Below are positions 1-12,880 of a stretch of 64,000 bases of DNA, piece by piece. Origin of the DNA: Massalongia carnosa (taxonomy: Eukaryota); assembly GCA_965645245.1 (NCBI GenBank), contig OZ287069.1:2232001-2296000 (forward strand). The letters run 5' to 3'. Made by a program: the position numbers and the translations under genes. Position 1 is the stretch's first letter. Each line of letters opens with the position of its first letter. The notes under the pieces are model-generated. The model did not search any database, was not told the origin of the DNA, and saw only the letters and a program-made list of their open reading frames with translations.

Positions 1-689
1 CGCGTGGGTACTTAACTAAACGTGCTAGCGTACTCTGTACGGAGTACCAAATAATCAAGCATGACTGTCATCGCATCTATCAGCCGTTCAGACATCCGAT
101 TAAACACTATGAAACGTCGAATTCTTTGATAATATCACATGAATCGAACGGAATTGCTTTCGATTGAAGATATTGATGAACACCTTGAATTTTGACTCAA
201 ATAAATATATCGTGGTGAGATGACATGGTTGAATGTTGATTGAAAAGATGAGAAAATTGAAAATCAGGGGCAATTTTGGTGGGGCATTCTCGCTTGCACT
301 TTGCGTTTTTTTTTTTTTTGGAAAGTGCGTGTGTACCTTTGCCTGCACGGCCTGCAAGCCTTTCTTCCCCAACTGACTGCAGTGACCCTGCCTGCGCATT
401 TACACAGTAGATCTTGATGCATGCAGCGAGATTCTTTTGAGTCCGTATAATGAACGATAAAAGCTCATAGATAACAAGCTGCCCAACGAGTGCTTTTCCT
501 CTACGCACGTCCCTCATGGTTTCTGGCGCGTTTGAACATGACCTAATACCAGCCTTTGATACACTTCAAACGAAAAGCAAGCACGAGAAGCCGAGAAGCA
601 TGAGGGAAAGCCCCCTCCCATCTCCTTCGCCCCAACCTTAACTCCGGACCCCATCACAGGCATGAGACCCCACGTAACGCCCCATATGG

Positions 690-3600
690 TCATCGCGTAC
701 TCCACCTCATCATAGCATTAAAACCCGCATTTGCCTTCCTCGCAGCTGCCACGTGCCACGGCAAACCGCACCTAACCGGATGCACCAATCCTCGCACCCT
801 CGCCAACGTTCCCAGGCCTCCGTACATGCTCAGTATCTCTCCTACTATGTCCTCATTCGCTTTCGACCCTCCCGTATGTATCACATCAAGTTGGGCAGGG
901 ATTATTCCGTCCTCGTTTCTCGGGCCTCCACGCTTCAAGAGGTATCCACTCGCGATCGGGCGACATATGTCCAAGGGAAGGAGTGGATCCGTTAGTGGAC
1001 TAGGAAGTGTAAGGGACCATGTGTCGTCAGTCACATCAATAAGCTTAGCGGACGGATCGAATTCGGACGGGAGACTAGCCGTAGTGGGCATCGCCGGGTT
1101 AGGTTGATTTCCACCCGGAGTGGAAATCAGAGCTGAGGGGTCGGGAGATTGCGTATTTGCTGCTGCAGGAGTAGAGCTTGGGGTGGTGTATGGATTGGCA
1201 GGGGGGGGAGGAATATCCGGAAAGAGAGAGGTGGGGAATCGGAGAGGTGGGTTGGCGTTAATGCTGAGGAAGGTACATGCGACAGGAGGTTGGCTAGGCT
1301 GGGCGCATACTGAAAGCCAAACTGCGGAATTGTAAGATGTGTGTACACAATGACTGGAGGTAATGAACCCACTTTCGAGCTCTCGTTTCTGCATTGGACT
1401 ATCCTTCACAATAAAGAGGCGCCATGGAGCTTTTAGCCGCTGAAGCATCTCTAATGTTGAATCCCACATCTCCTTGGTGATACTCCGTAGAACTGACCAA
1501 GGGTCGTCATACTCTTCTACACCCAGGCAATACGGCGCATACCATTGCAAATCCCCCTGATTGTCAGTCCAAGACGCTGTTAGCCACTGCTGAGTGAGAT
1601 CCCACGAGTATGCCAAATGAAAGCACATGTCGGAGGATAGCAGGCCCGCCGTCGGTTCGGGCGAAAGCTTAAGGTTGACGGTTTTAGGGATCTCCCTGGC
1701 AAGTCGAATAGATGGCGCGCGGAAGAATCCTAAATCTCCCGCTTGTGCGCTGGGAGGACAACGATCGTATACCTCAAAGGCTAATTTCCTGTACCTGGCG
1801 GGTGATGGGAGAGCAATTGTGTTTGCTAGGGCCACGAAGCTTTTTGGTATGACTTGTAGCACTAAATCATTCGGGTTATCAACCTGCAAAAATTTTAAAG
1901 CAGACACATATGATTCAAAAAGCTTCAGGAAAGCTGCACAAAAATGAAACAAACTCTCTGATTCCTCGAACGGATTGATCATGTAGATGACAGTGTTTCC
2001 TCCTTGAGCCTGCAAGTTGGCTATATTCGCGCCTGGAACGTAGAGTAAGTCGCAATGATCGCCTTGTGGAAAGAATACTCTTACCTAGCTTCTCGCAGAC
2101 TCTCTTGAGCTCTTCAACTGCCCGCATATCGTCATCAGTGTCCATGGTTATTGGGACCAATCCGTTTGAGTAGCCGACGAGATTAGAGGCGTCAATATAG
2201 GTACCCAGTTTGCAGCTCTGATAAGAGTACCCTATCATCTTTGAAAAGGTTTCAACACCATACTGTACATTGCTGCTGGCCGGAAATATGTAAACCGCAG
2301 TGACATCCTTGCTTTCATGTGCCGGTCCAAAGCCGAGCTCCTCCCAAAATGGAAGCGCGGAGGCCAATACATCCATTGCTACCTGGTTGCGTCGAACGCA
2401 AGTATAAGTAGCCTTAAGCTTCGCGAGGCCGACTCGAGAATTGCGCAAACTTTTAGGTTTGGGTAAGAGAGTTTTTTCTTTTTGTAGCAGTCGAGAAAAT
2501 GAAGTTGGTTCGGGAGGTTCTCTTTCCAGATTTGCATACTGGATCAGGTTACATTGTTCGCTTGATAGAAAGAGTTTCCCAATTATGTCTCGAAGCACCA
2601 CCTGATCATCTCTGTTTTCTTGCCCTAGGAAATGGTGGTTAGATGCTTCGGGAAATTGAAGTTCATCTCGGGAGATATCGGTCCGTAGGATCAATTGATC
2701 TACCAGTATCTGGGCAACTTGCATGAATGCTCGGTCTTGTCCGCAATTGTAGACAACACTACCTCCCAGAACTTGTGTTATTGTATTCGGGAAGTGGTCA
2801 AGAAGAGCGTTTGACTCCACTGAAAAAAGACCCATCATAGGAGGAAATATAGTCTCGCCATCAACATTGTTGTCGGAAGGTGTTGAGATTTTGGATTGAG
2901 GTGTATTGGGGTGTTCAGAGTTCATTGATTCGCGTTTCCGCTTTCGTAAATTTGGTGTCTCCTCACCGCTAACTATATCGGATTTCGTGTCTTCGTGAGA
3001 CGGGTTGGTAAGACCGACAGGTAAGACATCTACCGAACCGTTCGAAACTGTCATAAACTTAAAAAGGGACGAATACAAGAGAATGGTAAACGAGTACCTT
3101 GATCAGAATGTGTTCCATCAGCTTCATATGACTCCGCATCTTCCTCGTTCGCGAGGCCAACTCGAGGAACCGAGCGTTCAATTAACGATTGCTGCTCCCT
3201 AGGCCTAGGACTGACAGCCACGGCTTCAAGCTCATAACCAAACCTTCCTTGCGCTTCGTATTTGCCGTTGAAGCTCTCGATTTTTTCTCGGAAATTCACA
3301 GACCCAAACCCTCTCTCACTCTTTTCTTTAAGGAATTGAGCATGACCATCAGAGTCAATCACAGGGGTCAAAATATCTTCACGCAGGGAATCCTCCAAGT
3401 CGAGATACCGTAAGGGTTCAGGTTGGTCAACTAAAGCATTCCCATCTGTTGAGTAGATTGTAAGGTATTAGCTTATGCTATAAAGTTGTGGCTCTGTATA
3501 AGATTTTGAATACGTTCGAGCGTTACATGAGTAAGGGGTTAGTACCTGGTCTCAAGTCATCCTCTTTACCACTTGAAATGTCTTCTAAGGCTGGGTTGTC

Positions 3601-5548
3601 CAAAGAAATAGGCTTAATTTCGCTCAAATTACTCTCTTGATCTGGTTCGGCGGTTACATCGTTCGCAAGACCCCCTCCTAAAGCACCAGACAAGGACAAG
3701 TTAAGTTCATCGCCGATGCTTGGCTCGTCAAAAAAGCTGAAGTCTGCTTCAGTGAGTCCATTGGCTGCAAACAAGCCACTATCCATTTCGCCAAAAAGAT
3801 CTGTATCATCAGGTTCTTCATACCGCGTAGAAGTGATTTTGGTGTCTAAAACAATTGCAAAAGGTGATCTTGTTAGCTGCATATCGCTATTTGCACTAAC
3901 AACAGCTTCTTTATCGCCAAACTCGACAGCCACTACATGAGTCTCGGCATTGGTAGCTAAGCCTATAGCTTGTGATCGCAAAACATCCGGGGGTGTTGGA
4001 TATATTCCACTGGTATCTTGTGTACTGAGATACTGAGTGACACGTGGAGTAAAGGCTGTAAGAATTCCTTCGATTTCCATGTCGTGCCCCTCCCGTAAGC
4101 GTTGGGTTTTCAACTCATCTTCCTTACGTTGGGTTTGAATGGCCTCTTCTCGACTAGACTTTAATTTGAACCAAGACTCAGCATAAGCCAATGGATTATC
4201 AGCAGCACGTTGATTGAAATTCCTGTGAACTGGCTGTCCTTCCCAATAAGAAGGCTCAACTTTGCAAAAGCAAAGTTTTGCGGGCCATAAAAAGCTTCTA
4301 AGTCGTGGAAAGACCGTCAACTCACTTTCAGTATTATTATTGGCCGTAAAGATATCGACATCATTTTTTAATTTAAGCCATTTCTCATCGTGAGAGATAC
4401 GCAAGCCTAGTAAAGCTAATTGCTTTATAATCTGGTTTTTTATATCCTTCAACTGATTCAACTTATCTTGGGAGTAACTTGAGGCAAGATTGGTGAAGTC
4501 AGTGGAATTTCCCAACTCTTTATGATAGCGGACTACTCTCCCAGATGGTGAAACTAGCACTTTACTGGCCGGGGTTAGTTCTATATTTCCAACATCTTTA
4601 TTCAATATGTCTGATACACGCTGTAGGCCTTGGATCAGGGTTTGAGAGACTAAAATCGTCAACGTTCCAGAAGAGGACCATCGGGCAAGAGTCGATGTCA
4701 GCGATCCCCCCAGGTTAGACTGATCTTGCCATATCTCGTTTGTCGAGCCTCCTGAAAAATGACTTGCAATACATGAGCGGTTACTAATTGGTGAAAATCT
4801 TTCAATTCTAGCCAGTGAATATACTATCGACATAGATATAGCCTCGCTCATGTTGGCTATTATCGTGGCGATACTGAACGTTTTTGAAGAAACGTTGGGT
4901 AAATTTTTTGACTTAGGAGAGTCATAGATATCAGACTGGTTGTTTGAGACTGTGTTAAAAGCGATTGCCTGTGCGTTAGCTTTTTCTATATCTGATTGTG
5001 TGGTCGTTGCGGTTTTGGCCGACTTTAAAGCTGAAATATCTGGTTCCATTTTATCATGCATATCAGACGCTTTGAGAAAACCGAAGAACAATCCTATACA
5101 TGAAGTATTAAACCAAACCCTAAGGAAGGAAGGAAAGAAGGAAGGAGTCTTCAATGTACTTCTCATATCTAACCGCGTTACTGTATGCAAAAGGATATCG
5201 GTTGAGGTTCTGCTACGCGTTACCTCCATATCCGAGCCGAGCAGCTCAAAAACCCAAACAACTAATTCATCGACGTTGCAGGATACATGAAACTCATTTG
5301 AACGTAGCTCGCTTTCCAAAATTCGTAGTCTCTCCAATTGGCCATTTTTAAGCCTATAGTTGGAAGTAGCGCAAGATCCTGCAGCATTTTGCTTTGCCGA
5401 ATCTGAAGCATTTGAGTCTACGAGCGAATACTGCGTCCATCGGATGCCATGGATCCCATCCTAAAGGCTTGTTAGCGTTGATATGAGGAGGAGCATATCT
5501 ACTTACTATCTTATGCGCGTTGACAATGACATTATCAGGAAAATCCAT
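690..5548 (-). CDS. MED13: Mediator of RNA polymerase II transcription subunit 13 (kinase module), multi-exon
   Basis: ATG at 5548 (MDFPDNVIVNAHKI) is followed by a GTAAGT intron, then DGIHGIRWTQY. ORFs 3523-5337, 3051-3398, 1915-3078 and 690-2015 can be joined by GT-AG introns. Med13-type motifs: GIYPTPPD, DLFGEMD..LTEADFSFFDEP, ALPFWEELGFGP, VIYMINPF, HLAYSWD..QWLTASWTDNQG, and C-terminal LPWHVAAA. Confidence 0.93.
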
Positions 5549-6004
5549 TCCCAGATTCTATTATTAGCAGTTGCTTTTGACTTTGCATGTAAAGACATGT
5601 AGTCATACAGAATAAAGTGATATTTTCCTTAACAAGAGTGTTCATTATGCCGGCTTTATTACATGAAAATAGTCCGTAACTTAGGGTATGTGAACCATTA
5701 TTAGATGGAGCTAGAAGCGAAGAAAGGTATTAACTTCTGTAAACCAATACTGCAATTTCATTCAGAGCGAAGAGATTTGAAGTATCCGTGTCGAGGAAAT
5801 GGCATCATAAATTCCGGAATCTTACTGATAGCTAGCGCCGGTGATTCTGATATGTATTACTCAATGTGGCATGGGGGGAGCACGGACCATAGATTAACTA
5901 GTTAGCGTGTGGGCGTTCAATTCTGTGTTCGAAAATATATATTCGCGATTTGGCATCTCACTCACCATCATGATCTCCACCTCGCCAATCAATATCCTGC
6001 CATC

Positions 6005-8260
6005 ATGAAGATTAGTAATCATTCAGCGATTCCAGTATATACCATATCTGGCTCGTCGACCGCTCGACCCCTTCCAGAATGGCTGGCAAGAAAACGAAAG
6101 CGAAGCCTCAGGAATGATCCAGAATACACAAGTCGAATCGAGCTTCTACAGGATTTTGAGTTCCAAGAGGCCAGCCAGTGTGTTCGCGTTAGCGATGATG
6201 GCCAATGGGTGATGAGTACAGGTGCGTGTATACTGTAGGCATTTCATTCTCCCCATCTCTTCATAGGTCATTTGCTTCGGCGCACAAGCTCACTTGCTGA
6301 TCATGATTCAGGTACTTACAAACCTCAGATACATACGCATTATTTACCTCACCTTTCGCTATCCTTCGCCAGGCACACAATATCTCTAAATACGACATTT
6401 CTTCTTTTATCCTCGGATTACTCGAAATCACTTCACTTACAAGCTGATCGGTCAATCGAGGTTCATACCCCCCAAGGGTGTCACTATACCACACGTCTAC
6501 CACGCTACGGCAGGGATCTAAAGTACGACCGAAGATCGGCAGAAGCTTTGATCCCAGCCGTCGGAGTCAATGAAAATGGCAACGGAGAGGTGTTCCGGTT
6601 GAATTTAGAGGCAGGAAGGTACATGCGAGCTTATGAGATTGATGTTGGCGGGGACGATTTCACGACATCTGGAGGGGGTACGTTACAAGGCGGTATTGGG
6701 GCTGGAAGTGTAAATACTGCAGCGGTTGCGGAGGACAGCCATAATCTTCTAGCGTTTGGGACTTCATTGGGGACAGTGGAGTTTTGGGATCCTAGAAAAC
6801 GTGATCGAATCTGCGTGTTACATGGGCCCGACCAGGCCGACCCAATAGATGGAAGATCTGAAATCACAGCCCTGGAATTTGATCGATCTGGCTTAGAGCT
6901 GGCTACCGGTTCATCAACCGGCCTAATTTATTTGTACGATCTTCGTTCGCCAGTGCCAATATTGAAAAAGGATCAAGGTTACGGGTATCCCATCCAGACT
7001 TTAATATTCCTCAAGTCATCTACTACTGTCAGAGCACAGACAAATGAGTCAAAAATTCTTTCAGCAGATAAGAGAATCATCAAAATCTGGGATTCACAAA
7101 ACGGTGTGCCATGGACGTCCGTCGAGCCAGCTGTGGATTTGCATTCTGTAGCATGGTGTAAAGACTCTGGAATGCTTCTTACTGCGAATGAAGGAACGCA
7201 GCAACACTCGTTTTTCATTCCTCAGCTAGGGCCAGCTCCTAAGTGGTGTTCCTTCCTGGACAATCTGGTGGAAGAAATGGCCGAAGACCCCAACGACCCT
7301 AATGCATTTACCAGTCAGCGAACAGGTGAAATTTACGATAATTATAAGTTTTTGACTACGCAACAGCTAGAGCTGCTGAACCTATCTCACCTGATTGGCA
7401 CTACCAGTTTGTTGAGGCCTTACATGCACGGCTATTTTGTGGCCCAGCGACTCTATGAGGAAGCAAAATTAATAGCTGATCCTAGTATCTGGGAAGAAAG
7501 AAATAAAAGAGTTAAAGCAAAGATAGACATCGAAAGAGAAAGTCGCATTAGAGGCAACAAAAAGGTGGCAGCCAAGGTCAACCGTCGGTTGGCGGAGAAA
7601 ATTTTGGATCGGGTAGAGAGGAATGAGCGCAGGCGTGCAAAGATGGTGCTCAAGAAGGGCGGTGATGACGATGAGATAGGAGATGATACTTGTGTACCAC
7701 ACGAGGAGATGCAGAAGGATTCTATTGGCTTGCTCTCCGATCCACGGTTTGCTAAATTATTTCAGGATGAAAAATTCGCTATAGATGAGAGCTCAAAGGA
7801 ATTTCAATCGCTGAATCCAAGCACAAAACCAGCCTTGGGGACTCAAATCGCACGAGATCGCAAACTTACAGCTGTTGAAGAGGAGACCCTTGACGAGCTT
7901 CCACGATCCGAAAGTGATATCTCGAGCGCTGAAGAGGAGAAGCCAGCGCCCAAACCAAAAGAGTCTGGCCGCATATCGTCAGTGTCCTATAAACGATCTG
8001 GACATCGCTCTCAACAACCTCAGATGAGAGTGTCGTCCTCCATAAAATCTTTATCTACGCGAGATCGTTCATTTGGATCTTTAGCGGAGCGGAGCAAAGC
8101 AACTAAGACAAGCATTAGCACCGTCGGAGGCGAGCGGGAGATTACTTTTGCGCCTGAGAAGAAAAGCAAGATGTACCAAGTAGAGAGAACGAGATTAAAA
8201 GATGAAAGGCGGGATAAAGGCAGGCGAAGTGCAAGTGGAAATGCTTTCCGCAATCTGTAG
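6005..8260 (+). CDS. ENP2: WD40-repeat ribosome biogenesis protein Enp2/NOL10
   Basis: Exon 1 6005-6221 (MKISNHSAIPVYTISG..RPLPEWLARKRKRSL..IELLQDFEF), intron 6222-6311 (GT..AG), exon 2 from GTYKPQIH. Contains LGPAPKWCSFLDNLVEE, YDNYKFLT, YMHGYF and a NUC153-like DPRFAKLFQDEKFAIDE. Confidence 0.95.
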
Positions 8261-8404
8261 CATTTCAACAAGTAACATAATACCACCTAGCTACGCATCT
8301 ACTATCCTTTGTCCACCTACCCGTGCTACCTTGTATCAACCACTAAGCCCCTAGACTTGCCTGCGTCATGTGATTTAAATCCGAACTTTCGGAGATGTCT
8401 TGAT

Positions 8405-8426
8405 CCGAGGTTCATTCCTCCCGAGG
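8405..8426. promoter_or_regulatory. Two CCGAGG (CCTCGG) FarA/FarB-type fatty-acid response elements upstream of PEX11
   Basis: CCGAGG at 8405-8410 and 8421-8426, 70-90 bp upstream of the PEX11 ATG. CCTCGG is the established core site of Aspergillus FarA/FarB in peroxisomal and beta-oxidation gene promoters. Confidence 0.6.
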
Positions 8427-8495
8427 TATTTACTTCTTGATTTATATTTTCTGCTTGAGAGTATCTCTCTACATAAACTTGCTCTTGATTTCAAG

Positions 8496-9398
8496 ATGGT
8501 GGTGGACGCTGTTATATATCACCCGACGGTAGCTCATTACCTGCGCTTCCTCGCTACAACTGGTAAGATCCTATCGGCGTAGTTTCTTTTCTGGGAACGC
8601 GTGTTTTTGGACACTTTTGGTTTAATATGTTGTGCCGGCAGTTGGTCGTGACAAGGTTTTACGAACTCTTCAATACTTTTCTCGTTTTTATGCGTGGTAC
8701 CTATTTCGAACCAATAGCCCTGCTCGAATCATCGCCCCTTTCGAAGCCATCAAGAAACAATTTGGATTAGCAAGAAAAGCCTTACGGCTGGGGAAGAATA
8801 TTGAACATTTCAAATCAGCAGTAGTAGCTATAGATAGCAAGGGTGTGGATCCAGTCTTGAGGTATTGTGCTATCGGAAGGCAGTTGGGATACGCGGCGTA
8901 TCTAAGTTTGGATGCCATTACCTATGTACGCGACAACTCTCTTCTTTACCATGATTCTCCCAAATCAAGGTTCGCTAATCCGAAAGCAGTTGGACTCGGC
9001 TGGCATTCGTCCTCTTGAAAGCGCAAAAAGACTGCAGAAGGAAGCCTATAGGGCGTGGTTTACGGGTTTGTCGTTTAGTGCCTTTGCAGGCCTCTACACC
9101 CTGTGGCAACTTGGGCGGAGAGAGCAAAGTGTTGACAAGAAAGACGGAGAGGGTGTTATTGATAGTAAAAAGATTCAGAGGCAGGCTTCTTAGCATAATG
9201 TTGTCGTTCTACGAATGGCTGATTGAGTGCAACAGAGAGCGTGCGGCAACAAATCTACAACTCATCTCGGATCTTTGTGATTTGACTATTCCGAGCACGG
9301 CGTTGGCGTACACGAATTTAGACGATGGCATAGTCGGCTTGGCAGGTACCGTGAGTAGCTTGATTGGAGTCTGGGCGACTTGGAAGAAGACAGCTTAA
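8496..9398 (+). CDS. PEX11: Peroxisomal membrane proliferation protein Pex11
   Basis: MVVDAVIYHPTVAHYLRFLATT/VGRDKVLRTLQYFSRF..RKALRLGKNIEH..LISDLCDLTIP..DDGIVGLAGTVSSLIGVWATWKKTA. Introns 8563-8641, 8926-8989 and 9181-9235 (the last is GC-AG). Confidence 0.95.
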
Positions 9399-10263
9399 TG
9401 AGGAGAACTCCTTGTAGCTTTCACGTCTTGCAAGATGGTTTTTTGGGGGGGTGGGCCGCTGTTTTGTTTGACTTGGCCCTTGACCTAAACTTGATCTAAG
9501 TAAACAGACGGGCCCAGCCCTTTCAATGTGTAATAGATAATGTTCATATGATGACTAAGTCACAGGGAAAAAACAAAAGTGCCACCCTACCATTAGGCCA
9601 GTGCTAACAGGAATCGAACCTATTATGATATAAATTAATTCAGGCAACTTAGGACTATGTTTTTCCCAATGCGAAGCTTGCTAGACTCAGATGAGTTATT
9701 AGCTTCCTGAACAGGTTTGAAAGAAACTATCAGAGACAAAAATCCACTGATCCTTAATTAACATCATACTAGAACTCCTGAGTACCATTGTGGTAGTAAA
9801 GTGTGGGTATATGCCCTCAGACTGTCCGTCCTTGTTGTTTAAATACATTTTCTCTTCTAACGCTAAGTTTCTCTGCCTTGTCATGAATTCAGATGTACGC
9901 CGTTTTGCTTTATTATCTGTCTATGCTTATATTGGTAATCTATCTGGCTGATTCTATATTCTGTGCTTTGAACAGTAAAGAATGACTGGGTGCTATGTAA
10001 TTGGTTTATAGGGTTAGGTTACGCCAAGGTCTAACTGAGTCTTAAGCCGCAGTGGGTCCAAACATCCCAATGCTAAGGTAATTTATTGAAACAATACCTC
10101 GCCTTCTGATCTGATCTGATCAAAAATCTCCTCCCTCTCTACTTGTTAGGTACTCTACTTCTTACTCCATCGATGTCATTCGCCTCTCCGGAAATTACAC
10201 CATAGGTTGATTCCTATCAACTCGTGTTGAAAGAGCTGATTCTCGTTCAATCAACGGCTGGTC

Positions 10264-12880
10264 ATGGACCCACTTCTCCATATTTCCCCGACAGAGCAAG
10301 CTGTTAATTGTATCACTAGCTATGGAAGGACCAGTATAGCACCCGCTAAGGTCACTCAGTTTACTCGACCAGTTTCAGCTCAATCAGATACCCAAACCCC
10401 GTTTACATATACCAAAGCCAAATTTCCCCAGATGAATTTGACACGTAAACCTGCACAAAACCTAGCCGTGGAACAGAGCTTGCATCAACCCATTGTTGCT
10501 GAAGCTATAGAGGCCGGTGACGTTCCCCAAGAGGTGGAGGCAAGCCATGAAATCTCGAAAGATCCTGCGTTCGATGATTCTCGCTGCTCTGGCCATAAGC
10601 CCCAAAGCCTTACGGAACCGATTCCCGATCCAGAATTCACTCGCTCAGATGTTGGCGAAAAGTCCACAACCGAAGTTGAGATCTTGGCTCCTTTTAGGGC
10701 CTCTCTTGTACCAGCTTCCTCTGCTAGCTGCACTTTTCTTTCTTCTGAGGTTGTCCTTCCCCCGTGTAATTCAACTATCGATGAAAGAGCGACACTCCAA
10801 AACTCGCACCTACCACAGCAAAAGTCCAACAAGATTCCAATAAAGCCTTTAGGATCAGCTGAATCATCCGGCCTTCCCCAGTTAGCTTTAAGTAATGAAG
10901 AGCAAGTGAGCATTCTCCATTCCCGGTATCACAATGAGCGGCAAAGGACGAATGATTTAGAAGCTTCTCAAGCTGCAAAGGACATTGAGATCCAAGACCT
11001 CAAGGATGTCAGCTATATTCTCTATGCAGAACTACAGGCTATCCAAATCCGAGAGAAAGCACAGAAAACGGAGCTATCAAAACTTCATAGCGCCAAGCTA
11101 CAATGGGAACGTCGAATCCAAAAGGTGAATGATCATGTCAAAGATCTCACCGATGATCACCAAAAACTAAGAGAGGATGCGATGGATATCCAGAAACACC
11201 AAGAGAGTGTAAGCGCTGAAAAAGCGTCCCTAGATAAGACATTGAAGGATGTACATCACGCTATTGATCAAGACCGTTCCCGAGTCAAGAAAGTGTTAGT
11301 AGAAGCGCGTCACGAAATGGAGTTACTTGAGCAGACAATCGAAGATCAGGATAGACAGCTTCGCGGAAACGCCGATTTGCTTGATACTGAACGTGATAGA
11401 AGTCAAAGATTGGAACACGCCATGTCTAACATAACCATAAGCTATCAAGAGCTAACGCGATTATTTATTGGACATAAAGATATACTAATAGAAAAGGTGA
11501 ACGACTTGCTGCAGAAAAGTGACGTTCAAATTGCTGCTGCTCCGAAGTTCCAGGACGGTTTGAAATCCACGCTAGACCAGTGCTTTAGCATTCTTGAGCA
11601 ACTCCGGGAAGCAGAAACGTTGAAGCCCGGAGATCTCTCATCCCTGAACGTAGCTGTCAGGTCTTATGCAAAGAAGTATGTATGATGTTAGGGTTACTTC
11701 CCTTGATGAATGCTAATAACATAGTCTTACCAAATCCATGCAGTCAACATCGAAAACGATGAAAGAAGTCCAGCAGCATTTTTCATTGGAATTGGAGCAA
11801 AAATTAAGCAAGCTAAGTGAAAACAGCGAAGTCAAAGATGTCTTGGGTGAACAACTCCTAGATGTTCGTGAAGCGAAAGCAACCATTCGCGAAAGACTAC
11901 AGGCGACCGAAGCCTCCTTGACCGAGGCCCGTCATCGCGCAATGATTCTAGAAAATAGGGAGCAAATGCATGTTCAAAGGATTTCTGAACTTAGGATTGA
12001 GGTTACTGCACTCCACAGTAGAGGAAGTGAATCACCGCAAATGAATTTACGTATCCAAGAACTTGAATGCCGAAATCAGAATCTTCAGGAGCAGAATATC
12101 GCCTTGCAAAACGAGAAGCTAAGCATTTCCGAGCAGTTAGAAAAAAATGCTGGGGAAGTTACAGGTCTCCGTACATGTCTAGCAGAAGCTCAGTCTCAAC
12201 TCGAGGAAGCACACACTCAGAAAACTGTGTACGAAAGACGAGCAATCTTACAATCCGATAAGATGAGAGAGCAGCAGATCACAGCTGCTACCATGGAACT
12301 TTCTAAAATGGAAGATAACCATCAGAAAGAGCTTCAACAGCTGCAACAAAGTCACGACAAGGCTGAAAACAAGGTCAAGGAAGAGTTGCAAGTATTGACT
12401 ACTAGAGCGGAGCAATTGAAAAAACAGGTAGAGAGGCTTCAAGCAGAGAAGGCAGTCTCGACGCAACCGTTCAGCCCAAGAAATACAGGAAGGGACTCAA
12501 TGGCTCCTCCCAAAGACGGATTGATTTCCCCCACGATGCGTAATCTCCATTCACGGGGTAGCCAGCCTGGCGCGAGGCAAGACTCCACCACTCGGCAACC
12601 AGTTAAGTCTATCATGCGATCCTCGAGGTCATTGTGGTCAGCAACGGGTTCAGTGGAGAAGCGTACTGTCCCGGACGCAGATACGGATACCGTGGAGCCT
12701 AAAAGAGCTCGGAAATTGGTCAGCCAAGGGCTTGGCCCTGTGATCCCGGATTCGCAGTCCCCGAACGGGTCTCGAATGGCCGCTGCACGCGGAGGCCGCA
12801 GGCTTTCCAGACAGCCGACCACCGGGCACGACACCAAGAAGGACAAATATAGCCGCCGGTTCTCGCAGGAGTTCATGTGA
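10264..12880 (+). CDS. Long coiled-coil protein of unknown function (about 855 aa)
   Basis: ORFs 10264-11685 and 11738-12880 join in frame through intron 11676-11724 (GTATGT..GCTAAT..TAG). About 220 aa low-complexity N-terminus, about 500 aa E/Q/K/L-rich heptad region, basic S/P-rich C-terminal tail. Confidence 0.8.
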
